From positions 6,937 through 70,936 of the IMG/VR virus record IMGVR_UViG_3300003320_000410: a stretch of 64,000 nucleotides of DNA, one strand, 5' to 3'. The notes beneath the pieces were generated by a model. It did not search any database, had not been told where the DNA came from, and saw only the letters and a program-made list of their open reading frames with translations. Position numbers and translations under genes: made by a program. Within the stretch, counting starts at the first letter, position 1. Every line of letters starts with the position of its first letter. This DNA is from a virus. Shown here in pieces: positions 1 through 7,961 of this stretch.

Positions 1-100
1 TGTTAAATAAGTTTAACAAAAATCTTTAAAAAATAAGTATCATTTTATTTCCAAAGTTGAAAGTTGAATAGTATCTTAGCAGTACCAATAACGAATAATA

Positions 101-280
101 ATGAAACAGACAGTAACATTCATCGAAAAGTCAGTCTACGGACGGACGCTTATATATCCAAAATGCGATAAGGCTAATATTTTCGCCGGGCTTATTGGCA
201 CAAAGACTTTTACCATGAGTCAATTAAACCTCATCGAAGGGCTCGGATATAAGATAGTGCTAATCGCGTTACCGGCATAG
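101..280 (+). CDS. Small hypothetical phage protein (59 aa, MKQTVTFIEKSVYGRTLIYPKC...), not in ORF track
   Basis: ATG after A-rich leader, TAG at 278-280; translated by hand. Confidence 0.7.
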   Translation: MKQTVTFIEKSVYGRTLIYPKCDKANIFAGLIGTKTFTMSQLNLIEGLGYKIVLIALPA

Positions 281-348
281 CCATCAGTAACCAGCAGGAC
301 ACCCGCTACCGATAAAAATGGAGCGGGCTTTCTGGGCAAAACTAAGTT

Positions 349-564
349 ATGAATACTAATGAATTCTCTCCAAAAACACTACGACAGTTAGCAGCGAAGG
401 GCATTTCTATAATTGGGAAACAGGCAATACCGGGATTTGAAGGAGACAAATATTTCTCTGGGACAGCTTATAATTTAGAATGGAACCATCACGGTTTCAT
501 GCGGACCTATTCGCAAGTTATTGTATTAGCATCTTCATCTTGGAATCCTGAAACTGATCTTTAA
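349..564 (+). CDS. Hypothetical early protein
   Basis: ORF track; part of co-oriented small-ORF string. Confidence 0.7.
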   Translation: MNTNEFSPKTLRQLAAKGISIIGKQAIPGFEGDKYFSGTAYNLEWNHHGFMRTYSQVIVLASSSWNPETDL

Positions 565-600
565 TTAACCTCTCTATTAAATGCTTTAAATTAATTAGCT

Positions 601-930
601 ATGAATAAGCTATCAAATGTGGTCATTGGGAATAATGGGCTGGATATCTATACAGCGGATGAACATTTCACTCCCATCTGTACATGTGAATCTAAGGCAT
701 ACGCCAGCGAGATTAAGCATGCCATAAATAACGGCACCAAACTCCAACAAGAGCACGATACAGAGATACTAGAATTTGTCCCGTGGCTTACTAAATGGTA
801 TCTACATACAGGATATGGCACATACGTCCATATAAACGATGCCACTCCCGGCTTCTTGGCTAATGATAAATATCATAGCCTTAAAGAGTTACTTGACTTC
901 TTCCGTAAACAACAAATACCTCAGTTATGA
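601..930 (+). CDS. Hypothetical early protein
   Basis: ORF track; ATGA overlap with next ORF. Confidence 0.7.
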   Translation: MNKLSNVVIGNNGLDIYTADEHFTPICTCESKAYASEIKHAINNGTKLQQEHDTEILEFVPWLTKWYLHTGYGTYVHINDATPGFLANDKYHSLKELLDFFRKQQIPQL

Positions 931-1112
931 ATCTGCAATTATTCATTTTTAGTTGTAAAAGAGCTGAACTTACGGCAGGCGTAGCTTATACTGATTATGT
1001 TATAATGCACCAAAAAGAAAAAACCGGATTGCCTCCATTAACACTAACCGAGTTTTCAAAGAAATACAATTCATCTTTTGCATATATGCGAATTAAAAAA
1101 TCCAATCGATGA
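927..1112 (+). CDS. Hypothetical early protein
   Basis: Start/stop coupled on both sides. Confidence 0.65.
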   Translation: MNLQLFIFSCKRAELTAGVAYTDYVIMHQKEKTGLPPLTLTEFSKKYNSSFAYMRIKKSNR

Positions 1113-1327
1113 AAAAAGAAATTCCATGCGAATATAGAGGTTCTAATGGAGTGTGGTTTAAGGCAACATTTCATAGCAGAGCTAGACAGACCGCGACCAT
1201 CCTTATAACTATGCAGGATGGCTCTAAAATAAAATCCAAGAGGTCCGTATTTGATGTAAGAATTAATGGTGAAATATTGCCATATAAATCCAGATATGAA
1301 TTCACCAATAGATTCAATCCTTTTTAA
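1109..1327 (+). CDS. Hypothetical early protein
   Basis: Coupled to upstream ORF. Confidence 0.65.
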   Translation: MKKEIPCEYRGSNGVWFKATFHSRARQTATILITMQDGSKIKSKRSVFDVRINGEILPYKSRYEFTNRFNPF

Positions 1328-1346
1328 AATAAAAACTAAAACACCC

Positions 1347-1460
1347 ATGAAAAAACTACTGATCCAAACCCTAGTACAAGCTATTTTAATCTTTACTGTT
1401 ATCTGTGGTATAGCAGCATTAGCAGTATCTTTTTATCCTAGTATTTCTAAAACTTTTTAA
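1347..1460 (+). CDS. Small single-TM peptide (MKKLLIQTLVQAILIF...)
   Basis: Internal ATG of track ORF 1266..1460 after A-rich leader; hydrophobic stretch. Confidence 0.55.
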   Translation: MKKLLIQTLVQAILIFTVICGIAALAVSFYPSISKTF

Positions 1461-1491
1461 ACAAATATTTTTAACAATTAAAAGTACAATT

Positions 1492-1641
1492 ATGATTAAT
1501 GTATGGGGCAAATTGCCCAATGAAAGTGAAGTTTTGCTGGCCGTTGTAGAACGTGCAGGAGAAGCCAAACAGGTAAAAGATGAATACAATACCGTATTCA
1601 AAGACGAAGGCATTACTTTCCGCATGGAAGCAAAAAAATAA
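1492..1641 (+). CDS. Hypothetical protein (49 aa, MINVWGKLPNESEV...), not in track
   Basis: ATG after A-rich leader; fills gap in + strand string. Confidence 0.6.
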   Translation: MINVWGKLPNESEVLLAVVERAGEAKQVKDEYNTVFKDEGITFRMEAKK

Positions 1642-1707
1642 TCATTTTTCACTTGCTGGACAACCGGGATAATACCCGGTTTAAGGCATTAGTAAAACTT
1701 AATAATT

Positions 1708-1935
1708 ATGAAAATAGAACTTAAAGAAGAGCGAGAAGTAAATGGTGACATTTATTACGCCATTTTTTCGGACGACACGAGACTGCAAGGTTTTTATGGG
1801 GGCACTATATTCGATAAAGACCTTACTATGCGAGGGAAGGCCAAAAATGATGCCTATGCAAAATATGAGGAGATCATAGAAGCTGGCACTGCACCCAAAA
1901 AATCCATATGCACCCTTGAATCAACAGAAATATAA
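1708..1935 (+). CDS. Hypothetical early protein
   Basis: ORF track; A-rich leader. Confidence 0.7.
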   Translation: MKIELKEEREVNGDIYYAIFSDDTRLQGFYGGTIFDKDLTMRGKAKNDAYAKYEEIIEAGTAPKKSICTLESTEI

Positions 1936-2110
1936 ATATCTCATGCAAAACAATTCAGACCTTCATTACCCTGCAAACGTACGACAAGTAGAAAGGCAGA
2001 TAGCCCGTAATAAGGCTGCCTTTAAACGTATGATACGCCGATTTTTAATTGCTCTGGCTATATTTGTAGTACTGTATGTAGGGCTTATTGTTTACATTTT
2101 AAATTCTTAA
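1916..2110 (+). CDS. Small protein with C-terminal TM helix (start may be a later Met)
   Basis: Hydrophobic FLIALAIFVVLYVGLIVYIL. Confidence 0.6.
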   Translation: MNQQKYKYLMQNNSDLHYPANVRQVERQIARNKAAFKRMIRRFLIALAIFVVLYVGLIVYILNS

Positions 2111-2113
2111 ATC

Positions 2114-2437
2114 ATGAGACACGTTTTCACCACTCATCAAACATTGAATGTTTTGACAGGTCATTTGCACACCAACATGGATGACATTTACAAGTTCTTT
2201 AACGATGTAATAGAACCGGGCATTATGACCCATATGTTACCTCGTGCATTTAGATCAATAAAGCCTATTTTAGAAAGCAAGCTACCCAATTTGCCGCATG
2301 ACGGATACCATCCTGAGTTACCCAACGACGATGTGGCATTTGAGTTCACAGATGCCGACAAGCAAACATTCTGGAAGTCATATTTAGAGATGCCGAATCC
2401 ATTGGAAGGGAAAGAAGTCATAGCTGTAAAAATATAA
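2114..2437 (+). CDS. Hypothetical phage protein
   Basis: ORF track. Confidence 0.7.
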   Translation: MRHVFTTHQTLNVLTGHLHTNMDDIYKFFNDVIEPGIMTHMLPRAFRSIKPILESKLPNLPHDGYHPELPNDDVAFEFTDADKQTFWKSYLEMPNPLEGKEVIAVKI

Positions 2438-2474
2438 CCCATGCCACACATTAAATCCACTGTAAACTTAAATT

Positions 2475-2738
2475 ATGTCAAATAGATTATCATGCGGGTG
2501 TATCCCCGATGCTTCAGGATACGGCTATTGTCCGGAATGTGAACGTAAACTCCGTGAAAAGATTTGGCGTGAAATGGGAGAGAATCGCAGGCGTTATGAC
2601 CGGCATTTCGATCCTGTTGGAAGTGCGGCACTAGATGATGCTGTATTCCCAGATGGACCACCTTCCGGTTGTTCCTGTCACATTAACCCACCTTGCAGTT
2701 ATTGCGTAAATAAAAACAGCGAAGATGAGAACGATTAA
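2475..2738 (+). CDS. Cys-rich, probably Zn-binding protein
   Basis: CGC, CPEC and CSCHINPPCSYC motifs. Confidence 0.7.
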   Translation: MSNRLSCGCIPDASGYGYCPECERKLREKIWREMGENRRRYDRHFDPVGSAALDDAVFPDGPPSGCSCHINPPCSYCVNKNSEDEND

Positions 2739-2979
2739 GGATACCAGTCCCGCACTTCAGCGAATTGACAAATTCAAAAGAGACATTCTTAAAGAGTTAT
2801 TACAGGAATGTACGGAGAGCCAGCACATGAACTTTAAAAGGATGTATTCTCACAAGGCATTAGATATACCAATTAACGAGGCCGTTGATAAAATGGCTGA
2901 CGACAAAATTGATTGGGCTATATGCCAGTGCGAAACTACCGTCAAAAAAAACAAAACCAGCGCCAATGCCCCACATTAA
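2725..2979 (+). CDS. Hypothetical phage protein
   Basis: ORF track; overlaps neighbours by a few codons. Confidence 0.65.
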   Translation: MRTIKDTSPALQRIDKFKRDILKELLQECTESQHMNFKRMYSHKALDIPINEAVDKMADDKIDWAICQCETTVKKNKTSANAPH

Positions 2980-3178
2980 AAGCTCCATCAACTTAGAAAG
3001 AGCCTCTAAAAAGCTCGTTAAAGACATTCTCCCTGATCCATTCTTAACCTGGATGAAAGAGCGCGGTATAAGCTTTAAAAACGGCTATTGGAAAGACTAC
3101 ACAGGTAAGAAACTATGTGAAAGCTATGATGAGTTACTGATTATATTCAGGGAAGAAGAAAGAGAACAATACTTATAA
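2966..3178 (+). CDS. Hypothetical protein (MPHIKSSINL...)
   Basis: In-frame ATG at 2966 within track ORF 2885..3178. Confidence 0.6.
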   Translation: MPHIKSSINLERASKKLVKDILPDPFLTWMKERGISFKNGYWKDYTGKKLCESYDELLIIFREEEREQYL

Positions 3179-3202
3179 AGGCTACTGGCAAACCGAAATA
3201 GT

Positions 3203-3228
3203 CCCCGGCAAAAAAGTCGGGGCTTTTT
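3203..3228 (+). terminator. Intrinsic terminator ending the early + strand block
   Basis: CCCCGGC/GTCGGGG stem followed by T-run. Confidence 0.7.
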
Positions 3229-3286
3229 ATTAACTTTATTAAAACACTATTTAAGAAAGAAGATTGAGTGTACCAAATAAAAAAGG

Positions 3287-3315
3287 AAAGCCCCGGTAGA
3301 AACTGGGGCTTTTTT
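3287..3315. terminator. Bidirectional intrinsic terminator at convergence of early and late blocks
   Basis: AAAGCCCCGGT-AGAA-ACTGGGGCTTT with A- and T-runs on the flanks. Confidence 0.8.
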
Positions 3316-3334
3316 CGCATTTATCACTTGAAAT

Positions 3335-3445
3335 TCAAAAGCCGGAATAAGTACGATGCACTTTACCGCACATAGTTCTATCCGATCTACAGGCGGAGAT
3401 CATAAACATACATAAAATTCCTACTAAAAAGAGAATGCGTTTCAT
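3335..3445 (-). CDS. Tiny lipoprotein (36 aa, MKRILFLVGILCMFMISAC-RSDRTMCGKVHRTYSGF), not in track
   Basis: Basic N-region, hydrophobic h-region, lipobox ISAC; followed by the 3287 terminator. Confidence 0.7.
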   Translation of the reverse strand: MKRILFLVGILCMFMISACRSDRTMCGKVHRTYSGF

Positions 3446-3636
3446 TGTATTTTTGATTTTAGGGGTTACAAAATTGAACACCCCGCTGGGAACAGTAGGG
3501 TGTTTTTGATCATAGACTAATCAAAGTCCATTAATCATTAAACCTAAATCCTATGAATAATTATCAACCCGCGAAATAATCTAAATAGATTGCCGGGCAC
3601 TGTGTCCTTGCTATTCCAACACATTCAAAAATTTTT

Positions 3637-3668
3637 AAAAGAGGGGCCGCATCCGCTAACGGCCCTCT
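3637..3668 (-). terminator. Intrinsic terminator after ORF 3706..3909
   Basis: AGAGGGCCG/CGGCCCCTCT stem then T-run on minus strand. Confidence 0.65.
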
Positions 3669-3705
3669 CTATCAGAACCATAACCCGAAAAGAAACCGTC
3701 CGTCC

Positions 3706-3909
3706 TTAATTATTTTGACCCGTTTTGGTTTTCCAAGCTGGGTAATTATCTTCTGTTACTGAGTATTCAGGATCGTCGCTGGCCGGGAACATCCTCTTTA
3801 CTTTTGCATCTTCAATAGGGTCTTTTTCAGTTTTAAAGATGACCAGCAATAATACTCCGGTTCCGGTTACCGCCAATCCTGCTGCAATACAAGTGACAAG
3901 ATGAGACAT
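3706..3909 (-). CDS. Small N-terminal TM protein
   Basis: Hydrophobic N-terminus; own terminator. Confidence 0.55.
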   Translation of the reverse strand: MSHLVTCIAAGLAVTGTGVLLLVIFKTEKDPIEDAKVKRMFPASDDPEYSVTEDNYPAWKTKTGQNN

Positions 3910-4070
3910 GGCTTTAAAGATTTTAGCGTTAGGATAATAGAGGACGGATTAAAAAAGGTCGGTCGTCGAGTATTGCAACTCTCTGTTTCTCTAAACGGCA
4001 TCGTACCCACACCGTTGGGAATTAACCCACTTAGTTAGACACATCCCAAGCATCTGACTTAGGGCGAAGT

Positions 4071-4237
4071 TTTGCGGGGCAGGATTGTTTCATACTTGCA
4101 TGGGCGTTTTTACCCTCTGTTTTTGGGTCTACAGCTGACATCTATATACTTATTTCACTCTCGCCAGCATACTTATGAGCCAAGCACACTCCCGCTGACG
4201 ATCAATACATGATAGCGTCTTATTCCGCCACCCGCAA
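4071..4237 (-). ncRNA. Candidate expanded tRNA-like structured RNA (167 nt)
   Basis: Perfect 7-bp TTGCGGG/CCCGCAA closing stem, D-arm-like GCG-GAATAAGA-CGC, T-arm-like GCAAG/CCTGC, GGCTCAT-loop hairpin; lies in an ORF-free gap. Confidence 0.4.
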
Positions 4238-4335
4238 TATATTCATTCAAAGAACATTTTAAAAATTAGCCCAATTGAGACCAATCAGGCTGTCTAACGA
4301 TTGCTTGCCAATATGAAAAAGTTTTAAAGAACTAT

Positions 4336-4536
4336 TTAATCTTCTTCCCATCCAGAGCGAAGACCATATCTCCTTTTTTCGTCTCTTGTCAATCTCCGTT
4401 CGCTCCCGGCCGGATCATTCCACGGCTTGGTAGGGTCATCTTTTTTGCATGGATCATTATGTGGCGCAAAAGGATCATCCCGATACATAGGATCATTCCA
4501 AGGCGCAAATGGGTCTGTATTACGTGGATGTGACAT
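4336..4536 (-). CDS. Small protein with three DPxxP(W/H)NDP repeats
   Basis: DPFAPWNDP, DPFAPHNDP, DPTKPWNDP. Confidence 0.65.
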   Translation of the reverse strand: MSHPRNTDPFAPWNDPMYRDDPFAPHNDPCKKDDPTKPWNDPAGSERRLTRDEKRRYGLRSGWEED

Positions 4537-4549
4537 ATCTGTAAATTTT

Positions 4550-4699
4550 TTATCTTGATATATAATCGTAAAGCAATTCGGCCATTTTAGTAGAAATCGT
4601 TTTGCCTTCTTCTGCGGCTTTTATCCTGAATGCCTTTTTATTATCCTTTGTTACCTTAACTGATATTAATTCCTCTCTTTTCTGGCCTTTTTTCTTCAT
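4550..4699 (-). CDS. Ribbon-helix-helix DNA-binding protein (49 aa), not in track
   Basis: MKKKGQKREELISVKVTKDNKKAFRIKAAEEGKTISTKMAELLYDYISR: strand-helix-G-x-S-helix pattern. Confidence 0.7.
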   Translation of the reverse strand: MKKKGQKREELISVKVTKDNKKAFRIKAAEEGKTISTKMAELLYDYISR

Positions 4700-4704
4700 G
4701 AACT

Positions 4705-4721
4705 CTAAGGTATGACCTTAG
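4705..4721. promoter_or_regulatory. Palindromic operator candidate upstream of RHH gene
   Basis: CTAAGGT-ATG-ACCTTAG perfect inverted repeat 5 nt upstream of the RHH start codon. Confidence 0.55.
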
Positions 4722-4756
4722 TACGAAATATCAAAACTTTTTCTGATTTTTTTTTG

Positions 4757-4788
4757 AAAAAGGGCCACGATCTTTTCAGACCGCAGCC
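4757..4788 (-). terminator. Intrinsic terminator after endolysin
   Basis: GGGCTGCGGTCT-GAAA-AGATCGTGGCCC then TTTT on minus strand. Confidence 0.8.
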
Positions 4789-4816
4789 CCACCCCTAAAA
4801 ACCCTATCGAAAATCT

Positions 4817-5281
4817 TTAAATATCAACATATTTAGTGCCGGGGATAACCCTCCCTTGCTGGTGTAATTGTAATAAATCTCTCCAATTATACCCAAATCT
4901 ATTCTCAAAATGCGGGGTATCAAGAATGCTTTTGAAATCCCCTCCCCATGCCATCCCGTGTTTTTTCATTATTTCAACTACTTTCATCCAATTAGGCCCC
5001 ACTACCCAATCTGGTTTGCCATTGGTGATCATTTCGAAATCGAATGCAAGGCCGTAATTATGATAACTCTGCCCAGCTTTGGAGTTAGTCACTCGTGGCC
5101 CTGGCTCTGTTCTACCTTTTGCATACAGTTTGTCGCTCTCTTCAAAAGTCCTATACCCTTGTGTTACTATAATTTTCACATTATCAGGCATGGCAGCTTG
5201 GGCTTCTTCCCATGCTTGTATAGCTGAATCCCTGAATTTTGGATGCAAGGTGGTTAGCTGTGTTAGTGATTGTTGATCCAT
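4817..5281 (-). CDS. Endolysin, M15-family L-Ala-D-Glu peptidase
   Basis: GYRT..E...LY..GRT, SYHNYGLAFD and DTPHFE motifs. Confidence 0.9.
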   Translation of the reverse strand: MDQQSLTQLTTLHPKFRDSAIQAWEEAQAAMPDNVKIIVTQGYRTFEESDKLYAKGRTEPGPRVTNSKAGQSYHNYGLAFDFEMITNGKPDWVVGPNWMKVVEIMKKHGMAWGGDFKSILDTPHFENRFGYNWRDLLQLHQQGRVIPGTKYVDI

Positions 5282-5651
5282 TATAAAACCATAAAAATAT
5301 TAAGAATAATAAATACAGCCAAAGCTCCCATGAATACATAAGGATAGCTGTTGCCTATTTTTGAATCTAGCCAACTTCCGTTAGGGCTGGAGTGCGTATA
5401 AAAAACGGCTTACGTGGTTTTCGTAAAAAGTTCAGCAATGGGTTGAATGCGAAAATCCGTTCCATTACCAACGCACCACATAAGAACCAATCCCATCTAC
5501 TTACCCACGTGAACATTCCGATAACAATGCCTACTACAATCGCCCAGAAAGTATGATTGATCTTTTTATTGGCATCAAATCTTTCGGCATGGTAGCTGGC
5601 AATGGCTAAATTCACACAAAGGAATAGTATTTCATCTATAATTTGTGCCAT
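5281..5651 (-). CDS. Membrane protein apparently split by a -1 frameshift at the T6 run 5400-5405 (track shows only 5367..5690)
   Basis: The -1 frame continues YTHSSPNGSWLDSKIG...FMVL with an extra TM helix and ends in TAATG overlap with the endolysin start. Confidence 0.6.
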
Positions 5652-5652
5652 T

Positions 5653-5931
5653 TTAAAAGCCGATAAATACGCCTCTCTTCGATTGTTCAACCGTTGTGTT
5701 CTGAGCTACATTGGCCGGATTTTTAAATATAGCGCCCATAGTCAGAAAGGCAAAAACAATCACCCATATCAATTTTAAAGTGTCTAGGCTCTTATTCATT
5801 TTAACGGCCATTTTTTCAATTATGAATAAGCCAATAAAATGAGCTGCTATAAAAGCTCCTATCCAAATCCAATAAGAGGCGAACGAAGCGCAGTACTTCC
5901 ACGCTTCACCGAAAGATATGTATTCAGGCAT
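5653..5931 (-). CDS. Two-TM membrane protein (lysis region)
   Basis: Two hydrophobic helices. Confidence 0.7.
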   Translation of the reverse strand: MPEYISFGEAWKYCASFASYWIWIGAFIAAHFIGLFIIEKMAVKMNKSLDTLKLIWVIVFAFLTMGAIFKNPANVAQNTTVEQSKRGVFIGF

Positions 5932-5934
5932 AGA

Positions 5935-6033
5935 TTAAAGTTTTACTTTGTTGCCATTGTTTCGTACAAGATAGCCAGCTACAAAAGAGCCAGCAAGTAA
6001 TGTAATAAATAGCCAAATGGGAAGATGCATCAT
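5935..6033 (-). CDS. Single-TM peptide (MMHLPIWLFITLLAGSFVAGYLVRNNGNKVKL), not in track
   Basis: Fills the gap between neighbouring ORFs; hydrophobic. Confidence 0.55.
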   Translation of the reverse strand: MMHLPIWLFITLLAGSFVAGYLVRNNGNKVKL

Positions 6034-6048
6034 ATAAATATGTGTTGA

Positions 6049-6579
6049 TTAAAAAATGCTTCGGATACGAGCATAGGCATCAGGTTTATAAGGTCGCACT
6101 AGTGATCTGCCTACAATATAAATGAAAAGTATTAAAAATTCATATACCATAGGCCATTCATTGAAATTTACCCAATAGAAAATAAGGTCAATAATGATAT
6201 ATGCCAAGACTAGGATAGAGGCTAAAAATACAGTAGTACTATATGTAACCGCCGTTTTACAAAAGGCTATCATTCTTACTATCCACGCTAAAGACGTGGA
6301 ACTATCTTTATAATACCAGTATTCGGCCTGAACCCTATTAAACCCTGGCAATAGAAACCAATTGCAATTATGGGTATATACCGAAGGTTTCAAGTAATGA
6401 ATATAAGTAGGAATCTCCGGTATCTCTATGCTAATGAGTAGCAGTGCTACTGTCCATACCACCCGTCTTTTGTTTTGATCATCATTTTGGCGGCGGCTTT
6501 GGCGGGGGGTTACTTCCATTGCTACCCTCATCTTCCGTCTGTTGGCCATCTGGTTTTGGTTTGGGTTTCGGCTTATCAC
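6049..6579 (-). CDS. Multi-TM membrane protein (start uncertain)
   Basis: About four hydrophobic segments. Confidence 0.65.
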   Translation of the reverse strand: MISRNPNQNQMANRRKMRVAMEVTPRQSRRQNDDQNKRRVVWTVALLLISIEIPEIPTYIHYLKPSVYTHNCNWFLLPGFNRVQAEYWYYKDSSTSLAWIVRMIAFCKTAVTYSTTVFLASILVLAYIIIDLIFYWVNFNEWPMVYEFLILFIYIVGRSLVRPYKPDAYARIRSIF

Positions 6580-6610
6580 CTTTAATTTTCTTCCCTTTGT
6601 GATATATCAT
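6482..6610 (-). CDS. Pro/Lys-rich peptide (42 aa, MIYHKGKKIKGDKPKPKPKPDGQ...NPPPKPPPK), not in track
   Basis: ATG after leader at 6610, TGA at 6482-6484; overlaps the uncertain 5' end of the next ORF. Confidence 0.45.
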   Translation of the reverse strand: MIYHKGKKIKGDKPKPKPKPDGQQTEDEGSNGSNPPPKPPPK

Positions 6611-6622
6611 ATAAGTAAATTT

Positions 6623-6916
6623 TTAAGCTGCTCGATTATTTTTTCTTTTTCCTGTAGGGTTTGGGCTTTTTTTTTCCTTCCATTTGTCAAATTTATAAGA
6701 GACGTAACAACTCATGAGTGTAGTGCCTCCTGTCAATATGATTGTTCCTGCCCCCTTCAATAGATATATCAAAATAGATGGAATACCCTGGCCGCTCCAA
6801 AAAAGACCAAGGCTTCCAAACAACCCAAGAAAACTTCCTTTAAAAGCAGTTGAAAACTTTTCCTGATAACAGTATTTGACAAATCTGGCAAACTGTTTCC
6901 AAATTGATGATTCCAT
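6623..6916 (-). CDS. Holin-like two-TM protein
   Basis: Two TM segments, basic C-terminal tail, lysis-region position. Confidence 0.5.
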   Translation of the reverse strand: MESSIWKQFARFVKYCYQEKFSTAFKGSFLGLFGSLGLFWSGQGIPSILIYLLKGAGTIILTGGTTLMSCYVSYKFDKWKEKKSPNPTGKRKNNRAA

Positions 6917-6974
6917 TGTGGTAAGGGTGGCTCTAATAGATTGGGAATATTGTTTTGCTCATAATTTTTCATAC

Positions 6975-7649
6975 TCAAAATCTTATAAGTGAATAAGTAA
7001 TACCAATGCCAGGAATGATTTTTATCTGTCCTCCTATTATACCCGCACCCACAAAAGGTCCAATACTAAATCGTTTCGGCTTTGTGTTTATCTTCTTATA
7101 GTCTGCATACAATTGGCTGTACTTTAACTGCGTTTGGAAAAATCCATTATTGCAATCTATTAACTGCTGATTGAGACGGTTGGCTATTTCTGTTTTGGTT
7201 GCAATAATTTCGTCATTTACTTTCCGTAGTGAGTCATTCGAAAAGATATAATACCCCACTACAGCCTTGGCATTGATTACAGCATCCCGTAGGCTGTCGC
7301 AACGATTGAGAGTGCGTAAAGTATCTTTCTGAGCTTCAGCATCATTTAAATCGGCTATCAATTCGCCTATGTCGTTGGATTGTTTGGCAAGGTTTTTCTC
7401 ATATGACACAATAATGGCCGTTAGACTATCCTTATCGTTTTTAAAGGAATCAGCCTTTTTGCTTATGGAGTCTATTACGTGCTTGCTTTGCTGGTCATGC
7501 TGCTGCATTACGAAGGCAATGCTATCGATACTCTTTTTATCAGACGAATGATCTGGCCCGGGATTTTTATTGCACCCATTTTCCCACAAAATGACACAAA
7601 TAACCACCACAATGGCAAATCCTATCCCATATGGTAATGGGCTTTTCAT
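6975..7649 (-). CDS. Spanin-like protein: N-terminal anchor, long coiled coil, C-terminal beta-hairpin-like segment
   Basis: TM helix, heptad-rich middle, C-terminal RFSIGPFVGAG...IGITYSLIRF; about six D-S/T-x sequons. Confidence 0.55.
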   Translation of the reverse strand: MKSPLPYGIGFAIVVVICVILWENGCNKNPGPDHSSDKKSIDSIAFVMQQHDQQSKHVIDSISKKADSFKNDKDSLTAIIVSYEKNLAKQSNDIGELIADLNDAEAQKDTLRTLNRCDSLRDAVINAKAVVGYYIFSNDSLRKVNDEIIATKTEIANRLNQQLIDCNNGFFQTQLKYSQLYADYKKINTKPKRFSIGPFVGAGIIGGQIKIIPGIGITYSLIRF

Positions 7650-7918
7650 TTATTGGTGGTATCAGTTGAGGTGCTATTATTGTTTTGCGCCATTTTAATA
7701 TCTCTGTACTTTTCATACATATTGACACCAAAAATGGTACACAAAGCCATAAGCATAGCATAATATAATTGATCTCTAAGCGTAGGATCAGCTATTTTGC
7801 CCCAAATAAAGCTAACCGGAAATTGCGCCAAAAAGGCTAAGAGAAGAATGAAAAAAGCTACCCGCTTGCTGGAAGGACTTCCATTTTCGGAAAGAGTCTC
7901 TTTAATAAACTTTATCAT
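7646..7918 (-). CDS. Holin-like two-TM protein
   Basis: SSKRVAFFILL N-terminal motif, two TM helices, polar tail. Confidence 0.6.
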   Translation of the reverse strand: MIKFIKETLSENGSPSSKRVAFFILLLAFLAQFPVSFIWGKIADPTLRDQLYYAMLMALCTIFGVNMYEKYRDIKMAQNNNSTSTDTTNK

Positions 7919-7961
7919 TATTGGGATTTTAGCGTTAAGCGAATATAAACTTTTTTTGGAA

